Source of the DNA: an uncultured Gammaproteobacteria bacterium
Lineage (GTDB): Bacteria > Patescibacteriota > Patescibacteriia > JAHIZJ01
Reading direction: 5' to 3'
NCBI GenBank assembly: GCA_964371245.1
Contig: CAYJKP010000001.1
Coordinates: 1-51,127 of the forward strand
DNA length: 51,127 nt
Within the stretch, counting starts at the first letter, position 1. Each line of letters starts with the position of its first letter. The notes under the pieces are model-generated. The model ran no database searches and was not told the DNA's origin. It saw only the letters and a list, made by a program, of their open reading frames with translations. Positions 7,603 through 16,434 of this stretch are shown here, piece after piece. The position numbers were made by a program, and so were the translations under genes.

Positions 7603-8717
7603 TCGCCATTTCAGAAATAAAAGATCGGGCGGGTATTAAGAAATTCGTTCGCTTTCCCTGGCTGATCTATCGAAACGATCCAAACTGGGTACCACCTTTA
7701 CTAAAAGACAAAGAGGATTTTTTGAATCCAGAGAAAAACCCGTACTACAAACATTCCCGGGTATTATTGCTCATGGCTTATCGGGACGGGAAACCGGTCG
7801 GTCGCTTATCGGTTCACGAAAACACTGAGCACGTCAAACGGCACAACGAAAAAATAGGATTTTTTGGCTTTTTTGAATGCATTGATGACTTTGACGTTGC
7901 CAAGGCCATGTTCGATTACGGCAAGGAGTGGCTGCGAAAGCTCGGCTACCTCAAGATGCGCGGCCCGGCGAATTTTTCGATCAACGGGGAATATTCTTTG
8001 CTCGTCGACGGCTTTGACTCCCCGCCAATGGTGATGATGACCTACAATCCGCCGTATTATGCGACATTGCTTGAACGCTACGGGTTTAAAAACTCGCAGA
8101 ACATGTATGCTTATCAGATTGATCTCTCGGTCGGTTTGCCGGACGCGGCTTTGAAATTTGCCACCGCCGTTGAAACAAGCCGAAAAGATTACCGGGTACG
8201 GAAGGTAGACCTGAAGCACTACGACCGTGATGTGGGCATCGTGCATACAATATACACCCAGGCCTGGGATGATAACTGGGGCGCCGTGCCAGAGACCGAG
8301 GCCGAAATCAGAGCGCTGGCAAAAGATCTCAAAATGGTAATTGATAAGAACATTGCCTTTGTCGGTGAATTGAACGGTCAACCCATCGGCTTTTCGTTAT
8401 CCATCCCGGACATCAACCAGGCGATTCGGACGGCCAACGGCAAACTATTTCCTTTCGGACTGTTGCGGATCCTTTTAAAAAAACGGCACATCGACTCTAT
8501 GCGCGTGTTAGTCATGGGCGTGTTGAAAGAACATCGGCACCAAGGATTTGACGCGGTTTTTTATAAGAGGACACTTGAAGAGGGAAGAAAAAAGGGGTAT
8601 AAAACAGCTGAGATGTCATTAATAAATGAATCCAACGCACCGATGCGCCAGGTTTTGGAACGAATCGGGGCAAAGATATATAAGACATATCGGATGTACG
8701 ACCTTGATATTATCTAA
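7599..8717 (+). CDS. Tandem GNAT N-acyltransferase, YghO / bacterial ceramide synthase-like family
   Basis: FPWLIYRNDPNWVPPL, GFFGFFEC, MRGPANFSIN, GFDSPPMVMMTYNPPYY, AWDDNWG and MGVLKEHRHQG. Start overlaps the upstream stop (ATGA). Confidence 0.8.
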   Translation: MIAISEIKDRAGIKKFVRFPWLIYRNDPNWVPPLLKDKEDFLNPEKNPYYKHSRVLLLMAYRDGKPVGRLSVHENTEHVKRHNEKIGFFGFFECIDDFDVAKAMFDYGKEWLRKLGYLKMRGPANFSINGEYSLLVDGFDSPPMVMMTYNPPYYATLLERYGFKNSQNMYAYQIDLSVGLPDAALKFATAVETSRKDYRVRKVDLKHYDRDVGIVHTIYTQAWDDNWGAVPETEAEIRALAKDLKMVIDKNIAFVGELNGQPIGFSLSIPDINQAIRTANGKLFPFGLLRILLKKRHIDSMRVLVMGVLKEHRHQGFDAVFYKRTLEEGRKKGYKTAEMSLINESNAPMRQVLERIGAKIYKTYRMYDLDII

Positions 8718-8771
8718 TAATAGTGCATCTTCAAGAGGAATAATACCTAATTTTTAATTGCCGGTACACAC

Positions 8772-9173
8772 ATGTCACCAGAGGGCGAACCAATACCAAC
8801 TGTCGACAACGAAGCAGCCAAAGTAGTTTCCGAAAGAGATGCGTCAAAAGAGAAAGAGCGTCAACGACAGCTGGCGCAGGCAGAAATGATCGCGATAATC
8901 GGTCAAGAATTACGCAATGGCGCTTTTGATGAGTTTGGAGAATTAAGGCTTGATACGATTATCTTTGATGATGACATGGGTCATCACCACGAACATGCGA
9001 TTTCCCAGGATGAAGCTGAAATCGTGGTACGGGCTATGTGGGATGCTGTGACTACTGAATATGACTCATTGTGCACTCATGTTTATAATCAGCTACAGGC
9101 GGTCGGGTTTGATATGCAAGAGCCCTCGGCCATTAAAGTCACGTTAGTGAAGACCAGCCAAGAACAGAAATAA
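8772..9173 (+). CDS. Hypothetical acidic protein
   Basis: Clean 133-aa ORF followed by a terminator; no recognisable motif. Confidence 0.7.
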   Translation: MSPEGEPIPTVDNEAAKVVSERDASKEKERQRQLAQAEMIAIIGQELRNGAFDEFGELRLDTIIFDDDMGHHHEHAISQDEAEIVVRAMWDAVTTEYDSLCTHVYNQLQAVGFDMQEPSAIKVTLVKTSQEQK

Positions 9174-9190
9174 CCCAAGCAGATTTTCAG

Positions 9191-9230
9191 AGAGAGGACT
9201 GGAAACCAAGGCTTTCAGTCTTTTCTATTT
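9191..9230 (+). terminator. Intrinsic terminator
   Basis: AGAGAGGACTGGAA/TTTCAGTCTTTTCT stem, T-rich 3' side. Confidence 0.6.
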
Positions 9231-9281
9231 AAAGCATAGCCAGTCCTTCTAGATAATTCTCGACTGGTGTATGCTGTAGCC

Positions 9282-9785
9282 ATGGAGCTGATCGACATTG
9301 TTAACGACCGCAACGCTGTAATTGGCCGAATTTCAAAGGACCAACTCTATGACGGCCCGAATAACCACCGGATCGTCCACGTTTTAATTTACAACGACAA
9401 GGGCGAGATCGCCCTGCAACTCCGTAGCCGGATGGTCGCCTTTTTGCCGTCGCACTGGACCACAGTTGTCGGCGGACACGTCCAAGCCGGTGAAACCGTT
9501 GAACAGGCGGCGAAACGGGAAATGAACGAGGAAATCGGTTTGGTTGCACCGATCAAAAAACTGTTTGAAATTATCTATGTGCCACCGCGCGTGCCTGGAA
9601 TGAAAAAGTTTCTGACCGTTTTTAAAACAACGCACAATGGACCCTTTTCGCCAAATCCAGAGGATGTTGAGCGCATTGAGTTTTTTAGCCCTAATAAAAT
9701 CAAACAAAAAATCGTCCGGGGCAAGAATTTGCATCATGAAATGATAGTGATTATGAAAACCCTGCTGCAAAATAAACGCAGATGA
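9282..9785 (+). CDS. NUDIX hydrolase (IDI/YfcD-like)
   Basis: HRIVHVLIYNDKGEIALQLRS and Nudix box GGHVQAGETVEQAAKREMNEEIG. TATGCT lies 6 nt before the ATG. Confidence 0.9.
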   Translation: MELIDIVNDRNAVIGRISKDQLYDGPNNHRIVHVLIYNDKGEIALQLRSRMVAFLPSHWTTVVGGHVQAGETVEQAAKREMNEEIGLVAPIKKLFEIIYVPPRVPGMKKFLTVFKTTHNGPFSPNPEDVERIEFFSPNKIKQKIVRGKNLHHEMIVIMKTLLQNKRR

Positions 9786-10183
9786 ACAAGAAATTAACCC
9801 CCGAACAATATAATATCTGTTTTCTCAAAGGCACGGAGCCACCCGGCAGCGGCAAGTATTTGCATACCAAGGAGCCGGGTGAATACCAGTGCGTGAATTG
9901 CGGCCAGCTTTTGTTTTCTTCGGAGACCAAATATGATTCAAATACCGGTTGGCCGAGTTTCTGGGATACGGCTGATCCGAGGCATTTCAAATTTGAAGAA
10001 GATCGCTCACTCGGCTTAGTCCGAACGGAAGTTTTGTGTTCGAAGTGCGGCGCGCACCTCGGCCATGTTTTCGACGATGGTCCGACTGACAAGACAGGCA
10101 AGCGATATTGCATCAATTCGCTGGCCTTGGAATTTCAAGCCAAAAAAACTGAAACTCATCCTCTCAATGCGCAGCAAAATTAA
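9782..10183 (+). CDS. msrB: Peptide-methionine (R)-S-oxide reductase
   Basis: GTEPPGSG, CVNC, KYDSNTGWPSF, RTEVLCSKCGAHLGHVFDDGP and RYCINS. Confidence 0.97.
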   Translation: MNKKLTPEQYNICFLKGTEPPGSGKYLHTKEPGEYQCVNCGQLLFSSETKYDSNTGWPSFWDTADPRHFKFEEDRSLGLVRTEVLCSKCGAHLGHVFDDGPTDKTGKRYCINSLALEFQAKKTETHPLNAQQN

Positions 10184-11102
10184 AGCCCGACAGACCGCGT
10201 TTTTTCAAAGTAGAAGAACTTTCATTTTTCGGTTTGCTCAAGGAACGCTTTGGGCGGCGTTGTTATTACTCGGCCTCGGTGCGCCACGCTTTCTTGATTC
10301 GACGTTTGCGACCAGTGCGGTCTTGTCGAGTCGGATATCAAGCCAACCGCCAAATTTCACTCAGACTAATAATGAACTTCCGCAAATTCAAAAAAAAGAC
10401 GTGCCTTCGCCGGCAGTAGGCAATTTCGAGAAGCGTCTCCCGGTGATTTCCATGAAAGGCTCAGATACATTCAGCATTCCGATCGTGATGTATCATTACG
10501 TTCGGTATCGTGATCCGAACGACCCGGGTGACGTCGGGTTATCCGTCTCACCGGAGAATTTTCGTGCTCAACTCGCTGATTTAAAAAAGAAAGGCTATCA
10601 GACAATCACTTTTCGCCACGTCCGCGAGCAACGCCTGCCGGCCAAGCCCGTCATTCTCACGTTTGACGACGGGTATCAGAATTTTTACGAGGTGGCGTTT
10701 CCGGAACTAGAGAAACAAAACATGGTCGCCGTGGTTTATGTGATCGCAAATTTCAAGAAAAAGGAATACCTTACTGACGCTGAAATTGTCAGATTGTCGA
10801 ATGCTGGCATCGAGATCGGCTCTCACACGCTCGACCACCGTTTGCTGGATATTCTTTTGCCGGAAGAACGGCGACGCCAAATTCAGGAAAGTCGAAGCCA
10901 GCTTGAGCGCCTGACAAAGAAACCGATTGTTAGTTTTGCCTACCCCTTCGGCGACTATTCTCTCGAAGCGGCCAGAGAGGTGCATACAACCGGGTATTCA
11001 TACGCCGTCACGACAGCCAATGTGTTGGCTGACTTTTCGTCGCCATTCAGGCTGGGTAGATTCCGGGCGCATGATCGACCCGACCTCGAATTTCTTAACT
11101 AA
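10167..11102 (+). CDS. Membrane-anchored polysaccharide deacetylase (NodB/CE4)
   Basis: IPIVMYHYV, LTFDDGY, EIGSHTLDH and FAYPFG; N-terminal TM. Start uncertain. Confidence 0.9.
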   Translation: MRSKIKARQTAFFQSRRTFIFRFAQGTLWAALLLLGLGAPRFLDSTFATSAVLSSRISSQPPNFTQTNNELPQIQKKDVPSPAVGNFEKRLPVISMKGSDTFSIPIVMYHYVRYRDPNDPGDVGLSVSPENFRAQLADLKKKGYQTITFRHVREQRLPAKPVILTFDDGYQNFYEVAFPELEKQNMVAVVYVIANFKKKEYLTDAEIVRLSNAGIEIGSHTLDHRLLDILLPEERRRQIQESRSQLERLTKKPIVSFAYPFGDYSLEAAREVHTTGYSYAVTTANVLADFSSPFRLGRFRAHDRPDLEFLN

Positions 11103-11116
11103 TGACCCGTCAATGT

Positions 11117-11812
11117 ATGAACAAAAAAACGAAAGCAGGAAATACTTTCACGGTCCAGAAAATACTACGGCGTATGCGCACGCACGCTAATCCAAAAAAC
11201 GTGGCTGGCATGGCTCGTTTTGGCATAAATCCAAAAAACACACTCGGTCTCAGTATTCCGATGCTCAGGAAGCTAGCGAAAGAAATCGGCAAAAATCACT
11301 CGCTGGCCGGACAACTGTGGAAGACAAAAATACATGAAGCGAGAATATTAGCCGGTTTCATCGACGATCCGGCGCAGGTCACGCCCAGCCAGATGGATCG
11401 TTGGGCGAAGGATTTCGATTCCTGGGACGTCTGCGACCAGGTAGCGTGTTTTCTCTTTGACAAGACGCCATACGCCTATCAAAAAGCGATTCAGTGGTCG
11501 CGCGCCCGGGAAGAATTCGTCAAACGAGCCGGCTTCGCGCTCATGGCTGGGTTAGCCTGGCATAACAAGACAGCGGCTGATAAAAAGTTCGTACCCTTTT
11601 TGCACTGCATTGAGCAACAAGCTGATGACCCGAGGAATTTTGTAAAAAAAGCAATCAATTGGGCGTTACGCCAGATCGGGAAGCGAAGCCCCGCCCTTGC
11701 GAAAAAAGCCGTACCGGTGGCCAAGAAATTAGCCGAATCAAAAAAACCGGCGGCCCGTTGGGTGGGCAGCGACGCACTCCGCGAATTCATCAAGAAGGGC
11801 ATGGCGACATAA
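11117..11812 (+). CDS. DNA alkylation repair protein (AlkD-like HEAT-repeat glycosylase)
   Basis: GMARFGI, HEARILA, DFDSWDVCDQ and DPRNFVKKAINWALRQIGKR. ATG 11102 also possible. Confidence 0.9.
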   Translation: MNKKTKAGNTFTVQKILRRMRTHANPKNVAGMARFGINPKNTLGLSIPMLRKLAKEIGKNHSLAGQLWKTKIHEARILAGFIDDPAQVTPSQMDRWAKDFDSWDVCDQVACFLFDKTPYAYQKAIQWSRAREEFVKRAGFALMAGLAWHNKTAADKKFVPFLHCIEQQADDPRNFVKKAINWALRQIGKRSPALAKKAVPVAKKLAESKKPAARWVGSDALREFIKKGMAT

Positions 11813-11815
11813 CTG

Positions 11816-11844
11816 TTGACAGTTTGCATATACCATGGTAAGAA
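11816..11844 (+). promoter_or_regulatory. Putative sigma70 promoter
   Basis: TTGACA-17nt-TAAGAA with TG extension; -10 imperfect. Confidence 0.45.
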
Positions 11845-11917
11845 GACGCCGTCTGGAATCAGGCGGCGGTTTTCAATGCCCGGCGGGTTCATGGTCGTTT
11901 GGAAAAGGGAGGGACGG

Positions 11918-12034
11918 ATGCTCGGCTATCTTCGGTGTTATTGGCTGGGAGTCGGACGGTTCTGGCTGTCGGCACACGCGGTCACGATGTCACCGAGGGC
12001 GATGAAGCAGTTGGCTGAAGGAGGCGTTCTATGA
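11918..12034 (+). CDS. Putative 38-aa peptide (MLGYLRCYWLGVGRFWLSAHAVTMSPRAMKQLAEGGVL)
   Basis: Strong SD (GGGAGGG) upstream; ATGA overlap with the next gene. Confidence 0.4.
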   Translation: MLGYLRCYWLGVGRFWLSAHAVTMSPRAMKQLAEGGVL

Positions 12035-12771
12035 ACGAACAGCGGTCAAGTTCTGCTGCCTGGACGGTTTTCATCGCACTGTGCTTGCTCGTTCTCATTG
12101 GCTTGATGGTCCCGGCGATCATCTGGACAGTGCTCATCGTGCTGGGTTCGCTTGGCCTGCTTGGCTGGATGGTCTTCGCGACCGCCAGTTTCATCGCGGC
12201 GACCAAGACGCACGGTCCGCTCATGGCCTTTTCGAAGTTCTTCTTTCTTGGCACGCTGGGTACGATCATCTCCACGGTGCTGGTCAAGGGAAGCTGGACG
12301 ATCGCTCATGGGGTTGAGCAATCGCTGGTCTGGGGGGTCTTCGGCGTCTGGATCGGCGCGGCTTTTGTCTACGCCCCGGCCGGCGTGAACGCGTTACTAG
12401 CCAAAAGCTGGTGGCCGAGTCTTTCCTGGCTGTGGTCGTTCCTCGGCTGCCGGAACGGTGGAGCGCGATGGTGGATGGCGTTTTCGACGAGCGCCTGGAT
12501 CAACGTGCTGGGCGGATACGCATATACGATGATGGTGACCCATAAGTTCACCGACCACCTGATCCTCAACCACTGGCACGGCATCTTCGGTCTGACCGAC
12601 TTTGCGGGCAGCGTCAATCCACAAGTGATTGTTGCCTTTCTCTGGAAGACAATCTGGTTCTTCTGGCTCTGGGCGCACACGGTTACGTTCCGTTTGCCCG
12701 AGGAGTGGAGAGTGATCTTTGGCGCCCTCCTGTCGGTGGCTCTGGGCATCTTGCTTGCCTGGATGCGATGA
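12031..12771 (+). CDS. Multi-pass membrane protein, Mpv17/PMP22-like
   Basis: KFFFLGTLG, MMVTHKFTD and WKTIWFFWLWAHTVTFRLPEEWRVIFGALLSVALGILL resemble bacterial Mpv17/PMP22 proteins. SD AAGGAGG. Confidence 0.7.
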   Translation: MNEQRSSSAAWTVFIALCLLVLIGLMVPAIIWTVLIVLGSLGLLGWMVFATASFIAATKTHGPLMAFSKFFFLGTLGTIISTVLVKGSWTIAHGVEQSLVWGVFGVWIGAAFVYAPAGVNALLAKSWWPSLSWLWSFLGCRNGGARWWMAFSTSAWINVLGGYAYTMMVTHKFTDHLILNHWHGIFGLTDFAGSVNPQVIVAFLWKTIWFFWLWAHTVTFRLPEEWRVIFGALLSVALGILLAWMR

Positions 12772-12799
12772 CAGAGGCACCTTCAGATGAGGTAGCTGC

Positions 12800-12826
12800 A
12801 GGGGCATTTCCCGCCCCTTTTTATTT
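12800..12826 (+). terminator. Intrinsic terminator
   Basis: AGGGGC-ATTTCCC-GCCCCT-TTTTATTT. Confidence 0.7.
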
Positions 12827-12887
12827 ATCTAATATTAGCAAAATAATTGGAATTAATTACATTATGCGGAAATTTGATAAAAAATGT

Positions 12888-12916
12888 TTGACATAATATA
12901 GAAAATAAGGTATAAT
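12888..12916 (+). promoter_or_regulatory. Perfect consensus sigma70 promoter
   Basis: TTGACA-17nt-TATAAT in an AT-rich intergenic region. Confidence 0.85.
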
Positions 12917-13017
12917 ACTAATAGTAAACGAAAATAAAAACAATAAAAAAGTCGAATATATGGAACGAGCGAAAAGCAGACACTCTTTACATCTCTGCTT
13001 TTTATTGTTAAGAATAC

Positions 13018-16000
13018 ATGTTTCCTGAAACGATAAAAAAACCTAGGAAATACTGCAAAATGAGGAATTTTTTTCTTAGACAGATTAAAATTGCAGATCA
13101 AGGATTTTCAGAGAAAAAGTCCAAGTTCTGGCTGCCTCTTTGGTCGTTATTGATGAAAATCGGCCTGATTTTATGTTCGTGGCCGGCTTATCTGACCAAA
13201 ACACAACAAGAAAGTTTTGCTGAATTTGCCGGTCGCGATGAGCGTGGATTATATCTCGAAAGTTATTCGCAGCATATCCGATATTATCGGGCAGCGGTGA
13301 CATCATTCCTTTCAATAGTTGCACTGATTGGCTTAATCTTCTCCGGAATAACGCTACTCGGCCTGGCAGCATTTGAGCCGGTACGGACGACAGCAAAATC
13401 TGATGGTCAGATAGCGGTCTCTTGTCTCTCGCCAGGTGTTGTCATGGCTTGGCCGGAAGGAACAACATATTGTAACAGCGGGGGAGAATTCGACATCATC
13501 GGCCATTGGTATGGTATCGGCACGTGCATGAATACCCATGATTTATACTGGATGTTTGTTCGCAATCAATCAACAAATGTCGACATGCTGCCAACCGGCA
13601 CGGAATTAACCGCACCAACAAATCCAATGGTCGGGTATTCGGAAAACCAAGACGCCTGGACGCTTGCTACCTGTCAGACCACTGGGAAGTATCAGGTGGG
13701 GATCCGGACGGAAAACAACAAATACAGTTCAACGCTCTGGGTTTATGTTAATCCGCCAGCCAGTCCCACAAATATCGTTCAAACGGCCGCAACCGCTACC
13801 TCGATTACTGTCAGCTGGACTGATAATTCAAACAACGAAGAGCGATTCCGCGTTCAACGCCAAACGAACGTTACGCCAATTACGGATTGTGACGCGCCGA
13901 TAGATCTAGGGACGGCGAATGCAGACCAGAACTCATACTACAACAATAATTTGACCGCTAATACGGGATATTGTTATCGGGTGCGGGCGGAAAACGGAAA
14001 CGGTAACACCGACTATACCAGCGCTGTGAAAGCATATGCCTTGCCAGTCGCGCCAAACCTGGCTGCCGACCGGTCAGCCTCAACCTGGTATAATACGCCA
14101 AGCTTTCAATTTACTAATAGCGCTGGTTGGAACGAGGGCGGGGTCCGGTATTACCGCTCTGTCTGGGACACGAACCCAACCCACACTTGGGACGATACCG
14201 AGTCGCTCTGGAGCGAGGCCGAGAACGACTGCCCGCCCTTTGACGGCGGCAATGGTTCATGCGGAGCGACCGGCAATACGATCACGGAAACGGCCGTCAG
14301 CGAAAGCAACAGCCTTTATCTCCACGTCAGAAGCTATAACTATGCCGGTGCGAATAATGGCAGTCAGGATTACGGACCGTTTTATTACGACGCGACAGCA
14401 CCAAGCGAAACCGGCACAGTCAGCGATGGGTCAGCTGAGTCTGACGCCGACTGGATAAACAGTACCAGTTCATTGAGCGGCTTCTGGGAAGCGGCTACTG
14501 ATAGTTTGTCCGGTATCCAGAAATACGAATACGCGCTCGGAACGACGGCCGGCGGTACTGATGTTGTTGACTGGACAAATAACGGTGCATCAACCTCGGT
14601 CACGATCAGCGGTTTATCACTCACCAACGGACAAAAATATTACCTCTCAGTCAGAGCGGTTGATGGAGCCGGCAATACCGGCAGTGTTTCAACGTCAGAC
14701 GGTAGCACTATCGATATTGTGGCCGCGACACCATCGAGCGTGACGGCCAATCCTACTGAAACCAGTGCGACCATTACCTGGACGACCAATGAACTGACCA
14801 CCACCCAGCTGGAATGGGGTACGACCGAAGCCTATGGCAATCTGACGGTTGAGGACGAGGAATTAACCACGACGCACACCGTCACACTCACGGGTTTAGC
14901 TGGAAACACCCAGTATCATTTCGGGGTTCGCGGCACGGACCGGGCCGGCAACGAAACCGCGGGCAGTGACAATACTTTTATCACAAATGAGCTTGAGTCG
15001 ACGATTATCACAAATACGGCCAGCGAGGTTTTAAGCACCACCTCGGTTCGGATTACCTGGACCACAAACCATCCGGCTACCTCGCGCGTCCGCTACGGCC
15101 GGACGACCGCGTACGGCACCGAAATTTCTGATGCCGGACTGGTCACCAGCCATCGCTTGACACTAACTGGCCTCACGGCCGGCCAGACGTATCATTATGA
15201 AGTTTTATCGGTCGGAAACACCTCAGCGAATGATGCCGATGCAACCTTTACCACCTTGGCTGCAACAACGCTGAGCGGGCTCACGGTTGAAGTTGTTGAC
15301 GAGCATACCGTGACGGTCAGCTGGACGACAAACCACGGAGCAGATTCAAAAGTCGAATATGGCGTGACCACGGCCTACGGAAAAGAAATAACCGAAAGCG
15401 GATTAACGACTGCGCACAGCGTGTTGCTGGCCGGGCTAACACCCGAAACAACCTATCATTATCGCGCTACCTCCGCGGGTAATACAACCGTTACCAGCGC
15501 CGATCAGAGTTTTACGACCCCGGCGGAGACGGAAGAGCCCACTGATGGAAAGGTTGTCCGGCCGACGATTATTAGTCCGACAGCCTCTCAGGTGACTATT
15601 AAAACCAAGCCGATTATCACGGGCGTGGCGCATAGCGGCAATACCATTCTCGTGTATATCGACAACGTCTATAATGGAAAGACAACGACCACAACGCATG
15701 CGTCTGGTACCGGAAGCTTTGCGTACACGCCATTTCTTGACTTACGACCGGGCTGGCACAGCGTATTCGTGAAAGCGGAAGATGCTTCCGGAAAAAAGAG
15801 TGCCGTGACTAGCGCAATACTGTTCAAGATTGAATTGCCCTATGTGCCACCGACTATTATCCAGCCAGAGGTGCACGACGGCGCCAATCCGACCATCGTG
15901 CTCAAGGGCGTGGCGAAGAACGATTCGATCATCCGGGTGATGCTTGATGGCGAGGTTATAAAAGAAATCGCGGTCACGAACAGCCCCTCGGGTACGGCCA

Positions 16001-16350
16001 GTTTCAACTGCGAGATTTCAACCGACGGTACCGTCGCGGTCGGTAGGCACTCCGTGACGCTGGTGGCGCTCGATGAAAACGGTAAAACGAGCAATACAAC
16101 CGAACCGATTGTTTTCACGAAGACTGCCATGACGTCTGTTTCGTCCTCGGTGCCAAGAATGAGTTTTGGCGAATCCGTTTCGTATGTCGTTCAATCGGGT
16201 GATTCATTGTGGAAAATCGCTGAAAAATATATCGGCCAAGGAATGCAGTATAACGATATTGTATGGGCAAATCGCGATCGCTACCCCTCGTTATTAACAG
16301 ATCCAAGCTATATTTTACCTGGCTGGAAATTGATAGTCCCGGGAAAATAA
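13018..16350 (+). CDS. Large membrane-anchored surface protein: multiple FN3 / purple-acid-phosphatase-N-like domains, Ig-like domains, C-terminal LysM
   Basis: N-terminal TM; WTDNSNNEERF FN3; three ITWTTN...YG.TTAYG...H...LTGL...TYHY repeats; YVVQSGDSLWKIA LysM. Start could be 13060. Confidence 0.88.
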   Translation: MFPETIKKPRKYCKMRNFFLRQIKIADQGFSEKKSKFWLPLWSLLMKIGLILCSWPAYLTKTQQESFAEFAGRDERGLYLESYSQHIRYYRAAVTSFLSIVALIGLIFSGITLLGLAAFEPVRTTAKSDGQIAVSCLSPGVVMAWPEGTTYCNSGGEFDIIGHWYGIGTCMNTHDLYWMFVRNQSTNVDMLPTGTELTAPTNPMVGYSENQDAWTLATCQTTGKYQVGIRTENNKYSSTLWVYVNPPASPTNIVQTAATATSITVSWTDNSNNEERFRVQRQTNVTPITDCDAPIDLGTANADQNSYYNNNLTANTGYCYRVRAENGNGNTDYTSAVKAYALPVAPNLAADRSASTWYNTPSFQFTNSAGWNEGGVRYYRSVWDTNPTHTWDDTESLWSEAENDCPPFDGGNGSCGATGNTITETAVSESNSLYLHVRSYNYAGANNGSQDYGPFYYDATAPSETGTVSDGSAESDADWINSTSSLSGFWEAATDSLSGIQKYEYALGTTAGGTDVVDWTNNGASTSVTISGLSLTNGQKYYLSVRAVDGAGNTGSVSTSDGSTIDIVAATPSSVTANPTETSATITWTTNELTTTQLEWGTTEAYGNLTVEDEELTTTHTVTLTGLAGNTQYHFGVRGTDRAGNETAGSDNTFITNELESTIITNTASEVLSTTSVRITWTTNHPATSRVRYGRTTAYGTEISDAGLVTSHRLTLTGLTAGQTYHYEVLSVGNTSANDADATFTTLAATTLSGLTVEVVDEHTVTVSWTTNHGADSKVEYGVTTAYGKEITESGLTTAHSVLLAGLTPETTYHYRATSAGNTTVTSADQSFTTPAETEEPTDGKVVRPTIISPTASQVTIKTKPIITGVAHSGNTILVYIDNVYNGKTTTTTHASGTGSFAYTPFLDLRPGWHSVFVKAEDASGKKSAVTSAILFKIELPYVPPTIIQPEVHDGANPTIVLKGVAKNDSIIRVMLDGEVIKEIAVTNSPSGTASFNCEISTDGTVAVGRHSVTLVALDENGKTSNTTEPIVFTKTAMTSVSSSVPRMSFGESVSYVVQSGDSLWKIAEKYIGQGMQYNDIVWANRDRYPSLLTDPSYILPGWKLIVPGK

Positions 16351-16416
16351 CAGCCGAAAAAATTACTATGGATTAAGTTCAATGAAAACCGGCGTCTTTG
16401 TATTTAATGCAAAAAG

Positions 16417-16425
16417 TGTTATAAT
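16417..16425 (+). promoter_or_regulatory. Extended -10 promoter (near-leaderless)
   Basis: TGTTATAAT 9 nt before ATG 16435. Confidence 0.55.
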
Positions 16426-16434
16426 AAACACATA

